Source: the human T2T-CHM13v2.0 reference genome, Homo sapiens
Length of the DNA stretch: 64,000 nucleotides
NCBI RefSeq assembly: GCF_009914755.1
Contig: NC_060939.1
Direction: 5' to 3' (one strand)
The notes below the pieces were generated by a model. It did no database searches and was not told the DNA's origin. It worked only from the letters and a program-made list of their open reading frames with translations. Below, in pieces: positions 26,686 through 39,841 of this stretch; position 1 is the stretch's first letter; every line of letters starts with the position of its first letter. The translations under genes and the position numbers were made by a program.

Positions 26686-29600
26686 TATATAATATATTTT
26701 TAAAATAAAGTCATGCTTGCTCACTATGGAAAACTTAAAAATGCAAAAAAGTACACAGAAAAGAATGAATCATAATTTCATCATAATGTATTAATGCTTT
26801 CATTTCTTTTACGAATATCATTAAGGTTATACCATACGTACAGATTTTATCTTGATTTCTTTTTACTTCCCACATAAATACTCATGTTACTAAAAACCCT
26901 ACAAAACAGAAGATTCTGCATCATTTACTTAATCAGACTTCTCTAGTCTTAGATTTGGTTAAAATAACAATCATAAAATCCAACTCTCAGAGCACGTTTG
27001 TAAAATTAGAGACCCTTTGGCTATTTGGCCACCATGTGTCTAACATGGGCAAAGTGGAAAGAAAGGAATCTAGAACTTCAAGGCTTATCAATGTGAACCA
27101 AAGCACTTGTTGGGAAGCAGTGGCCAGGAGCTCAGGCTAAAATGCTTCCTCTTTCCTACCTTATGTGGTGGTGTTGGCCGAAGTTTATCCATGATTGACA
27201 TGAATGAAGTGTACTTTTGGAGAAACCTTCTATTTCCTAGGTACTGGGGAGGGCAATGATTCAGCAGAGGTCCCATCCTTAGTTCTATCAGAAAAGCAGA
27301 AGAGGAATTCCTTTTCTGATGGAACAGTCCCTAAGACCCACAAAAGGGAGGCTCCAATGGAGTTTATTTGCTAGTAGAAGAAATGTGGGGAGTCCTGAGG
27401 CATAAGATGAACCCCAAAGGACCACTTGCAGGTGTGAGAAGCGATTACTTTTCCAAGGGTTCATTAAATCACACCACTTCGCTTGGAGAGGGTCTGCATG
27501 GCAAATCTCACTTCCCTTTTTCCAGGCTAATAAGCAGAGGCTGGAGCGGCAAAGGCCCTGGCCGAGGCCACCCAGGCTGCAGTGGAAGCATGGGGTTTAC
27601 AGCAGAGGCTCCTGTCCCCCCATGGGCTCAGGCACAGGAATTCCTTTCTCGGTTTCAGCTGGTGAGGGTTTGAGGTTTCTCTTTTTGTTGGACTCACTGG
27701 ATATTGAAACAACCAAGGCAATGGTTTGTTTTTCATGTCCCCAGATGGAGCTGGCCAGTGCCTGGGGCAGAAAACAATAAACAGCATCGGGTATGGTGTG
27801 TACTGTAAGGAGGTTGGTGGGTTGGATTGGGGCTTTTGTGGAACTAAATCCACCCCATCTGCTATTCTTGCAGTTATTTTGTGGCTTCATCTCACAAGCT
27901 GGGGGCTCCCCAGCTTCCCTGGCTAGGCTGATTTTTATTTTAAAAAAAACAAAAATTTCATCTATACTTCTCAGTAGCACATATTTGGGCGTTTTCTTTT
28001 CTGATCAACTACATTCGCCAAGCCACACATTCTGTGATAAACAGAGCCTACCGAAGTCTCTGCTGCCTAGGGTTTTCCTGGATCAGCCCTCATATATCTG
28101 TAACTAAAAAGCCAGGGGGAAGCTCATTTGACCAATCACTCATTCTTTTGTTTGTTCATTTTTTCATTCATTCAATGCATATTAAGCACCTGTTATAAGT
28201 ATACTCTTCCTGGGGCACTGTGCTTGGGAAGACCATGGAAAATAAAAGGAGACCTGGCTCTCTTCTGGTAGAACCGATTCAAAAACTAGGATAGATGAGG
28301 CTCTGATGGAAGCAAGCCATCACACGAGAACATGTGGCACGAGGGCTGGCACCCCAACAGCTCCCTGGCAGATCACAGACACACGGGCATCACGGAGTTT
28401 ACCTGCAGATTGAGAACTCATTTCCAGTGGTCTTCAGGGGTGGGTGGTGATAGTTCTGTCACAGTTTATAGTCCCAGTTGATCAGATAAGTTATACATAT
28501 TATATAGATGTCACCTTTAGCTAATGTTATAGAGGTAGCAACTATCAGCATCATGATTATAAGCATTACCAAATACAAACTGCTTGTCTGTACCAGAAGA
28601 TGCTGGCTCAGATTTTCTTTGTTAAACTAGGTTGCAATATCTATTGAAAAATCTTTCCTCAGGAACCAAAGGACAGGACAAGGGATGGAATTCGGGGCCT
28701 TTATATACATATTACAACTGAGCCTTTGACCTACTGGGATGTTGCATATTCATATTATCAATAGTAAGAAGGCTGAGCTTTGCAGCAGCTTTGAAGCCCT
28801 TGGTGGGATAGAGGGCTAGAGAGGGTCTAGAGCTGACCATACTGTCTGTTGCTTGGGCACCCTCTTTTCTCAACCTCACTTTTCCTCCAGCCTAGTAAGT
28901 TGTAAGGTCTTATGGCCTTGGACCAGAGAAGCCCTGGGTCAGAAGATTTGATAGCTAATGCCATGAAAAGCAGGAATGGAGTCTTTCCACCTCCACATCC
29001 CTAGTACAGCATAGGGCCTGGCAGACATGTGCATACACAGTGTAGAGCAAATGAGGGAGGCACATGTCTATGGATTGTGTGTGAAGTAAAATGGCCTTAT
29101 TTCAATTTGCCTGTGTGAGGAAGGACTGGCAAACCAGGTTTTTCTCCCAGAAAACCTTCTCTTCTGGGTCAGGGGCAGGCTACCAGAGAACCCTAGCCTC
29201 TTAGTTACAAATGTCTAAAAGTAGCTTGGGAAAAGTAGCTTGCAACCTGGAGGATCTGACAGAGCCATGGATATTCAGACAGACCCACAGTATTTCCTAC
29301 TTTGGATCAAGTTCCCTGGGAGCCCACGGAGCCAGGCAGCCTGTGTCTGAGGTGGGTCCAATTCATTATTTTTGTTCCGTGTTGTTTGACATTACAACCT
29401 TCAGAGTGAATCTACGTGACTGCTCATCTTGTCATCACTCTCAAATTATTTCTGTGAGGATTCCTTGATTTTCCCCAGTGTTAGACACAAAACTCCTGAA
29501 GAGAAGGATATGCATTGTTCAATTCTTTGAGTTCTAATTTCTGATTTTCTCAGTTCAGTTCTTAGTACAAGGTTCTGTGGCTTTAATAACAAGGAAGCTC

Positions 29601-30845
29601 TAAACAACGTTTAATTCATGCATTGAGTACAGCCTTCTTTCGCAAGGAAGCCCCTCTCCCATTCCTGACCAGCCATGGACTCTCTGCTTCCTCTTCCCCT
29701 AGAAGCCCTCTAGAAGTTTCCAGGCCTTGTGCACACACGTTTTTGCTGGGCCCTGAGTGCTAGAAGCTTCCACCTTCTCCTGGAAGTGAATTCCAGAGGT
29801 AGAAAACCTCCGCTTAACCTCTGTGGAAGTACACTATGCCCTCTGCAGCATAATTTTCTTGAAAATATGGATAAAGGGAGGATAATGTGCCAGTAGAAAA
29901 TTGAGGCAAAATAGCTGATGGGCCAGCAGGCAGTTCTGAGGAAAACCATCCAAGCAGCTCACTCGCTCCACACAGCTTGACTGGTGTGGTCTGCAGCTTG
30001 GACCCCAGTGTGGTGCCCCATGGGAAAGCCATCTCTGGCTTGCAGGGGTGAAGGAACACTAGGTTCTGGCTCTGTGGCTCTGGTGCATCTAGGGTTCTGA
30101 CTCGAGGTGGGTGCGGAACAGGATAAACTTGCACACGGCACCAAGGTAGGCGTCTATCTACCCAGGCGGTCCATTTCCAGAGGCCTCTGCTCCTGTAACA
30201 CAACCCACGGCTGGAAGGCCTTGGGCTGAGGACAGGAAGTAGCCAGCTGGTACGTGTGTCAATGTACGACTTCAAACTCGAGTGAGAGCCTGTTTTAGGT
30301 ACACAGGGATGGGGGTGCATGTGCTCCCCTCATTGTCAAATGCTACTTCCCCAGACTAATGGCTAAGGGGACAGAGGTAAGATATTTAGCCTCACTTCAT
30401 TCTTAAATCAGGCCAGGTAGGGTTGTTCTAAGCACTAGAAGTCCATGCCACATCATGGTGCTCATTAGGAGGCATCATGATTTAGGATTCAGGAGAACTG
30501 TGTTTCATGTGGGCTCTGCTGTGAAAGCCAAGCAAGCTGCACTGTCTCTTTTTTTACATTTCCCCATTTATAGAATGGAGAAGAAGGAAAAGTTATATCT
30601 GGCCCCTCCCTCTCTCACAAGGAGGAAGTCTAAATGAGAAGATCTTGAACAGCGAGATGCTGTGCCCTTCTCCCCAGCTCCCTTCTCCACCCATGTTCAC
30701 GTTCATTGCCTTCTGTGACCTGCTGGTTTACGTGTTTCTGAATTAACTATGGACATTAGGGTGTGCTGAATCCAACTGCAATGATTCTATCTTTTCTTGC
30801 TGGTGAGGATTGTGTTGCTAAAAGTTATACATACTCTTTTTCTCT

Positions 30846-30957
30846 TAGAGTGACCAACTTTTTAGATTTGCATAGGACTATGGGGATTCTGGAAAGTGGC
30901 ACTTTTAGTGGTAAAACCAGGACAGTCCTGGGCAAACCACAAAGGTTGGTCATCCTA
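30846..30957. mobile_element. hAT-Blackjack MITE (MER81-like)
   Basis: TIRs tagagtgaccaac ... gttggtcatccta, internal aaaaccaggacagtcctgggcaaacc, 112 bp. Confidence 0.75.
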
Positions 30958-31230
30958 CTAGTAACCCAGGAGAAATAAGGCAGAGAGCAGAATGCTCGCT
31001 CTTCTGCTCCCAAATCTCAGCTTACTTAAGGAGCTGTGTTTTGGGAGATAAAGAAAGGAAGATTGATTTATAAGCTAATATTTTGATTCTCCATTTCTCA
31101 ACTCCAATTTGAGTAGAAATTTCCCTGCCCATTCGCTTTACAGTAAATTAGCTTCGTGCAGATATGGTTAGGGTTCTTTATGAAAGACCCTCATCGCTCA
31201 CCGGGACTTGCATGCCCTGAACAGAATTAA

Positions 31231-31570
<340 letters not shown>

Positions 31571-34215
31571 ACACCCTTTATTTCTATTATTCCCATAATA
31601 ATGATTTCTTCCCCCTTCTAGTGTCTTACTGTCTTACTACACTATTATTTGCACTATCATTTTAATGGCCTGAAGGCTCAGCATGTCCATGAGCTCATCA
31701 ATGTTGCATATACCCCGGCCACCAAACATAAAGACGTGAAAGAAGCAAGGCTGACATCAGCCCTAGCAGTGCAGCCAAAATTGGTGAAAGCTACAGCTTC
31801 CATCGATTGTTGATCACAGATATGAATAAGTAGAGACTTAAGAGGCTTAGACTTGACAAAAATGGATTTCCTCTAGCCCTTGGCAACTGAAACTTAAAAA
31901 GCATTAAGAGGTGCCAAGGTCAGGGAGAAACAGAAATGAAGGAATGAGTTTGGAAGAGCTTAAGTTTGCCTGGTGGTAAATATTCAATAATTCATTCTTT
32001 CATGAAATACTGCCCTGTCCTTTTTTGGGTATGTCTCCTTCATAGGAGACTGGGTGAGGTACTAGAATAAAATAGTGAATGTAACTTTATCCCTGCTGTC
32101 GTGGTCTTAGTTTAGCAACTCCAAATTGGTAATCAGTATATGTGAACTTATAGTTTAGCAATAAGCAAAAATAGATTGAAATGTAGAGGCTTTTAAATAA
32201 AACCTGCCCCCAAACCTTGGCTAATCTTTAGAGACTGCATAGCCAATAGTTGAAAGCCGTGATATTTATGTGTTCCCAGATGAGACAGTTGATAGCCTTC
32301 AACTATCAGTGATGACAGACAATCCATTGGGAACTTGATAACAGATACCATGTTGATGGTGTTTTGTTCTTTCATAGTTGTTTTTGCATGGAATAGATGT
32401 CTCCCTTTTTCATATCTCATGAGTGGACACTCAACCCATCTTCTTCCAGCTGAGAGGAAAATGAGCAACAGCCATTGGAAACAACATGAGCTTCCTGAAC
32501 ACAGGAATATAAACCATGAGAGGATAGCTTAGAAAAGTATTTCCTGAAATAAAAGGATAAAACCACAGAGAACTTTTGCAGTCACCAAAACCCACAGACT
32601 TAACACAATCCACATAAGAACTTAATTAGGACACATGCTTGTATATTTACAGAAAAAGAAAGTATGACAGCAAAACAAAGTTTTGGCCAGATCATTAATG
32701 CATTTTGAGATTATTTCAAAGGGGAGCTAGAAAGCATACTTGTTGCCTCGGAAGACTTCTTGGTATAGTTAAAATCTTGAAATCCCAGAGATAATAACAA
32801 CTTATGGATCAACTGGAGTCAAGTGGGGGCTGGGCAGAGGTGTGACTGATGGAAATCGGTGACTAATTTATGTCACATGCCACCTATAACACTGGCACGT
32901 GGGTTAGTGTGGGGATTTGAGACCGTATGGCTTTCATCCAGGTTAAATGACCCACACTTTTCTCTGCACTACCCCCTCATCTCCCTTAGTTTTTCACAGT
33001 GCTCGAAGAATTAATGGTAGAAGTTGCTCTGCTGAACTGAGGAGACAGGGGGAGATGACTAAGTGGCTAAAATGTCACTCAGAGTCACTGGGAGACTCCA
33101 GAAGTCAGAGACTGGAATTTGGTTTTCCAAGTAGATCCCCTAATCCAAACATTGTACTGCTTCTGTCATGAGTGTGTAGGTGTCACAGGAACACATCTAC
33201 AGTAGGCCATCATCAGAAAAACTCTTTGCAGGGACCTTGACATAGTGAAATTGCTCCCTGGTAATTAGCTTGAGGGTTCCGAGGAACAAATCTATTCTTA
33301 GAGTCAACCTCTTTGTCTTCTGGAAGCCAGGAAACAGGGTTCTAATTTTCCATCCTGATTACATCTAGCTGTGTGACTTTCTGGATTTCAATTTTCTTTC
33401 TGTAGTATGTGGAGTTGAATCATATTTGTAATCTGTTAGATCCCTACCAGACCTAACATTCTATGATCTTGGGGTATTTACAAACCTATCTGGAATATAT
33501 AAACCTCTTCTTGAGTCTATTATTGGACAACAGCAAAGAAAAAAGATGGAGCCCTGGTTCAGCAACTCCTAGCAGAATTGTTTCTGAGGTTGTTGCTTTA
33601 ACTTTTGCATGAGGTGTCCAGTTGTCTTTCTCAGGGAGCCAGCCAAATGCCAGCTGGAGGCAGTTTCAGGAAAAAAGATGATGCAGATTTTAACAATGCG
33701 ATTAAAGCCACCAAGTTTTGACAGCCCTATTCTCAGGGTGAAAACAAAGAGGGATGGGAGATAAGTGTCTGAGCTGATTTTGATCCTCATGGCAGAATGG
33801 TCTCATTCTGTTTTGTCCTAAAAATCAAACTGGAAGATTTAGTCAATCATACTGTACATTGGGAGGTAGACTTTTAGTTGCTACAAGCCTTTAACCTCTT
33901 AGAAAGTTTACTCACATGTTAGAGGAAAATATTTGCTTATTCTCAATGTTACTGGGCATCATATGCCCACTGGTAACACATTTCAATACTAGACTTGACC
34001 TTGGCTATATATCAAATTATTCAGTATGGCTTTTTTTTCCTTCCCAAGATAGAGGTGAGACCTGGCCCTCCACTTTTGTCTTTCTTGCCCTAGTGAAGAC
34101 TTTCCTGACCAGTATTGGCTCCTTGAAAAATTGTGATGTACACAAAGGTCAACTTGACAGACTTTCCCCTGTAGTCCCTCAGCCCTTCTGATAGGATTAC
34201 ATTCCTGTGATGCCA

Positions 34216-35055
34216 TTTTTCAAAAATAAGCTTTTAATTTTAGAATAGTTTAGATTTGCAGAAAAGTTGTGAAGATAGTACAGACAGCTTCCATCTACCT
34301 CATATCCAGCCTCTCTCCCCTACTGTTAAGATCCTTCATTACTATGGCATAAATGTCTCACAATTTTAATGAGAAGATATTGATATGTCATTAACTAAAG
34401 CCCATACTCCATTCAGATATTCTCAGCTTTTACCTAATGCCCTTTTTTACCTAATGCCCATTAGGCTTACCTAATGGGTTCCAGGTCCCATCCAGGATAC
34501 CACACTACATCTAGTTGTCATGTGTCTCCTCAGGCTCCTCTTGCTGTGATGGTTTCTCAGACTTTTCTTGTTTTTGATGACCCTTGACAGTTTTGAGGAG
34601 CGCTGACCAGGCATATTGTAGTGTACTTTTTAAATTGGATTTGTCCGATGACTTCCTCATGATTAGATGGGGATTATGGGTTTTTGGAGCAAGACCACAG
34701 AGGTGAAGTGCCATTTTCCTCACATCATATCAAGGGTACCTGCCCTTGTTGTGCTTCTTTCTTCATCCACTCCTTACTTGTTGCCTTCCGAGGCATAGGC
34801 TTTGAGCTTTCTAGACAGTGTCCATTCTGAGTACCACATACGATATCAGGTAACCACCACTACCTCCAGAATCTATTCCATGACTTATCTTGGTTGATAA
34901 GTCCATTAACCCTGGTCACCTGGTGGAGGTAGTGTTTGTAAAGTTTTTTTCCACTGTAAAGTTATTCTTTTCACCCCTCTTTTATACTGTACTCTTTGGA
35001 AGGAAGTCACCAAGCACAGCTACACTTAAGGAGTGGGGGGACCTATGTTCCACAG
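34216..35055 (-). mobile_element. L1MC/L1MD 3' end with internal insertions
   Basis: tttagatttgcagaaaagttgtgaagatagtacaga...ccatccaggataccacac...gaccacagaggtgaagtgccatttt...gtactctttggaaggaagtcac. Confidence 0.8.
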
Positions 35056-35439
35056 GGCAAAGTAGCAACATAAGTCATTTTGCATCGGAGATTCACCTGA
35101 TGCCACTTGATCGCTTAGATTTGCTTTCTACAGACTGGGCCTCTTCAGTTTGTATCCCAAACATAAACCCCTTCTCAATGGCTCTTCTCACATGGAAAAT
35201 TGAGTATCTGGTGTTCTACTCTGTACTTGATTTGATAACTTCTAGTTATTCTGATGAACTCACCCAAGCTTGCATAGTACACAGGGATCAGGGCATCATC
35301 CTTCCCAGATTGCAGAGGGATACTAACAGAAACTCCCTTTGCAGAAAATCTTTAAGCCAAGGAATTATGGCTAGAAAGAAGCTTGTTAAACACAAGCTAC
35401 TTCAACAGTGAAGTTTGTGTTTAAGAAGCTACTTTAACT

Positions 35440-36070
35440 CCTTCTCCCTTGGCTTCAGTCACTGTTCTGTCTTCTGTCTTTCCTTCTAACCCACAGGCTG
35501 TTTCTCAAGTGCCCTTGTTCTTTCTTCATCCACTCCTTACTTGTTGCCGTTCAAGGCATAGGCTTTGACTTTTCTAGGCAGTGCTCATTCTGAGTACCCC
35601 ATGTGATGGTATCAGGTAACCACCACTACCTCCAGAATCTGTATTTGCAGCCTGGCTTTCTCCCCTAATTTTCTGATCTACATGTGAAAGTATTTACTAA
35701 CCTTTTCATGCAAATGTTGTACAGACACCTCAAACTCAATATCTGGAAAATGGTTTTGTGATTGTGCTTCTCTGGCCTGCCTCTCCTCTTACATTTCTAG
35801 TTCTTTTTTGATGACCCCATTACCTATAAATTATTTCAAGAGAGGACCCTGTTATTATGTATGAGCTCTTCTCCCCCCACCATCCACATCTATGGTTCGT
35901 TAACATCTGTTAGTTATGAATCTTTCAAATTTGTTTCCTACAATTTTACCTTGGGTCCCTGTCATATCTCCTATGGATCCCTTCTCATGATCTCTCCTTA
36001 CTCAGTCCTTTTCACCTTAAATCTTTCTCCACACTGCAGGATATCTTTCTAAAATGACAATTATGTTCTT
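35440..36070 (+). mobile_element. L2 relic
   Basis: Pyrimidine-rich L2 ORF2 remnants (acacctcaaactcaatat, ctccacactgcaggatatctttctaaaat). Confidence 0.55.
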
Positions 36071-36764
36071 CATATTGTCAAGAGCTTCATTCTAAAGATC
36101 AAGCCTGGCCTGCTGGCCACTGTTCTAAGCCAGTTGAACAAGTAAGGGCCTGTTCTGTGGGCAGTGCTAGGCATCATACTGTGAGACGTGGTGAGAAGTT
36201 ACACTTGCCCATGGAGAAACAGAGTAGGGAATACTTGAGCTGGGCCTGCTTAATTGAGAGGAGAGTTGAACAATGTTGAAATTTCACCTGGTGAAATTGA
36301 AGACCGTAACAAATGTCTGACAAATTGAGTACCCCAAGTCACTTTAAAGAGTCTAGCAAAGTGGAGAACGAGCTGCTGATTTACCCAAATAATTTGTTTT
36401 CTTCCTGAATCATCCAATTTTCATATTGGCTGAACTGCCAGAATTATAAAACTCTAATTCACTTTGCTCTCCAAAGCATTTTTTTCATTCTACTCTGAAA
36501 AGACTGTAATAGATGTATATTTTAGGTTGTATGTTCCAATTGAGTAGTATAACTTGCTTTGTGCAAAGCCCACCATTATACCATGAATATGTGAATATCC
36601 AATGAATAGAATAGCTGCTCAAAGAATATTCGTGGAGAGATTATTCACTTGGATAGAGTGATTTTAAGCCTTTTATAGAAAGTCTAACAGAGGGCCAACT
36701 GGTGATAATATTTATATTTTGCATTGCCTCTGAGCTGATGAGGCTGGTAAGCATGGATTACTAA

Positions 36765-37006
36765 TAATAACACCAATGATACTTTTACAGTCTTGTGCTG
36801 ATTAATGTGCAAAGCCCTTTACATACATTGACTTATTAAAGTATCACACATCTATATGAGGTTGATCGTATTATCCCCTTTTTATAGCTGAGAAACTGAA
36901 GCTTAGAGTTTAAGCAATTTACCTGAGATTATATAGTGAGAAGTTGCAAAGTAGGGAAACCAGTCCGGGCAGGTTGATCAGAGGCCACACTCTTAGTTGT
37001 TATGCT
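36765..37006 (-). mobile_element. MIR
   Basis: tattatcccctttttatagctgagaaactgaagcttagagtttaagcaatttacctgag (reverse MIR core). Confidence 0.8.
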
Positions 37007-37038
37007 GGGTAATAAAAGTGGTGATTTAAAAATCCCTG

Positions 37039-37401
<363 letters not shown>

Positions 37402-38379
37402 TCACATCCTAATGACATTGGTGATGAGGATGATGGTGGTAAGTACTCTAACTCCTAGATGTCTAACACCTTGTGAGTTTCTCCTGCTGCTCAATTGTAG
37501 TCAAGCCGGAGTTACCATTACTTATGTGAGTATCTGCTCTAACTGTAGGCCTTTCATACTCTGGAATATCTTATTTATTGTGTAAGTAATAAACATTTCT
37601 TTATATAATTCCATTATGTCTACAATCCTGTGTTTTACATGGTAATCTCTTAATAAATGCTTATTGAATTGGATTTCTTTTATAGATGATGGTACTGAAT
37701 ACTAGAGTTAATGACACCCAGCAATATTAATTTTCCATGTAAATTATGGGGCTTTATTTTTTTAATCCCTTCTTCTATAGGGATTGACCTTATCGACTGT
37801 CTATGTACTTATCAAAAGGCTCCAAATTGTCTGAGCTGATGAGGGAGGCAAGATCAAGGATTGATAAAATTCAGATAACTTTAAAACTGAGTTTTTTCAA
37901 TGGATACGATTTCCTTCCTGGTGATAGTAGCGGTGTTTTCTTTATTGTCATTCCTTACTGGCCAAGTCCTATCAGACATTGTTACAAAAGTACAGGATTT
38001 CAATTCTCTCTTTAGCCTTAAGTTATTTGTTGCTGGAAGAGATGCTAACATAAGTAGGAAAATGGTTAAAAGTAAAGAGAAGAAATAAGGAGCAGAACAA
38101 AAGGGTGAATGGAAAACCAGCAACGTCTGCATCCACTCTCCTCTAGTAATAAAGAGGCTTACCGTGTACTTCCTTCATGCATAAAGAGGTATCTGTGGCA
38201 CTCTGGATGAGTGCCCAGAACCAACAGCCATTGAAGAGACTGGCTGTCTTCTTGCAAAGTAGCCTGGATAAGTCCTCTTGATGTCAGGAGTGGTGGCCAT
38301 TGTTATTCTTTCCCATGGGATAGAACGAGAGGCTCAGTAAGCAGAGCATGAACTGAACTTGCTTGGCGGAGGAATATGA

Positions 38380-38590
38380 TACCTGTGTTCGACTATTGGC
38401 AGTGTGACTTATTGTGTGAATTTGGCAGTGTAACTTTCTGTGTGAATTATGCAACCTCTCAAATGTCAATCTCCTCATTTTTAAAATGTGCCTAAAATAA
38501 ATGTGACCCAGAGCTGTTGTGAGGATTGGAAATAATGTATGCAAAGGTCAAGGATGGCAAATGGCTTATGTTCAATATGTGTAGCTATGT
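38380..38590 (+). mobile_element. MIR with an internal 26-bp tandem duplication
   Basis: aacctctc...tcaatctcctcatttttaaaatg...gttgtgaggattggaaataatgtatgcaaag. Confidence 0.7.
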
Positions 38591-39554
38591 TTTCTGTATG
38601 TTTTCTAGTTTAAGAACCAATACTGATGATGGCCTCTGTCAATTCTAGCCACTGACTCCATACTCATCTCTCACTTAATATTCCCCAAATAAAAATTGAA
38701 GTTGTAAAAAGATCATTCTCCTGAGACTTGGGAAAACTGGCTTCTCGATTTAGTTCAATCTGAAGAGCATATCAGTTTTAAACATGGTTCCCAGAAAGTG
38801 TGACTCCATCTACTCCAAGAATCTCCCACGCCAGGGCACATCAGGGCAAATTCAGGAGCATGGAATCTGCCAAACCTTCTCTGTCCCCTAATCCCAGTCT
38901 ATGATTCTTGCCCCACCCTGCCCTCTGGGCTAGTCTGACCTCTGTTTTTCACTCCACATAATATTTGGCATTTTTATCACCAGGGCTTGAGCAATTGGGC
39001 AAAACCTTTTGGCTAGAACTGGGCATTATTTCCAAGGAGGTTTCCTCAGTGAACTGCTTGACACCTCACTGGGTACGAGTGGGTGGTTTTGACAGCTGCA
39101 GGGAGAGGTGCCGTGTCCTGGGGTGGGATGGGTGATGAATACGCCATAAATCCCCAGTCTGCCTAGAGCATAAATCTGAGGGCTGTACAAGTTCCGAGGC
39201 AAGGAAATTGGAAATACGGCGCCAGGTAAACAGACCTGAGTCAACAGGAGCAAAGAAATAAGTGTTGTAGCCCTGCCGTCCACAGCCTGGGGTTGGGGGT
39301 TCAGAGAGCTGGATGGCAGGCTGCTTAGGAGTCATCTTTGGTTTTTATGGTTTTGTGAGGTTAGGGAAAGAAAATAAATGCAAGGCAAGGGTGGGACTCC
39401 TTCTTGCAGTGGCCGGGGCAAACACTCACAGCTCCATGGCACCCGGCAAAGTTTCCAGGATGGCTCAGTGCTGTTGGCTCCTCCTTCCTCCAGAGAAGTG
39501 ATGAAAGGGCCGCTAAGCTGCCCCACAGGTTACTGGCAGGCAGGTACCTGGTGA

Positions 39555-39745
39555 AAACACAGGCTGCAAGTCAGAATGCCTTGGTTCCAGGCCCCGTGTT
39601 GCCACTAATCAGTGACGTGGTTTTAGGCCTCCTGACTCCTCTGAATGTCAGTTCTCTCATTTATAAAATGAACAAATGCCCATATCATACCTACCTCAGA
39701 AGCTCAAATGAGATTATAGATGTCAGATAATTTTGTACATGCCTT
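39555..39745 (+). mobile_element. MIR
   Basis: agtcagaatgccttggttcc...gccactaat...tcagttctctcatttataaaatg...tacctacctca. Confidence 0.7.
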
Positions 39746-39841
39746 GTTGTGTGAAATTGTCAGACTTTGTGTGAACATTTATTAATAATATCAATGAGCA
39801 CTTTTTCTTTTTAGGTGCTTGCCACAGTGCTAGGTGACATA

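Noticed and set aside
29814-30320. 168-aa minus-strand ORF
   Set aside because: Pro/Ser/Arg-rich translation typical of GC-richer non-coding DNA, with no family match.
34890-35411. 173-aa ORF
   Set aside because: Begins in the antisense of an L1 3' end with a non-ATG start, so it is not a gene.
36280-36298. 19-bp palindrome aatttcacc-t-ggtgaaatt (also a 16-bp one at 52640-52655)
   Set aside because: Short and AT-rich, near chance expectation, with no supporting context.
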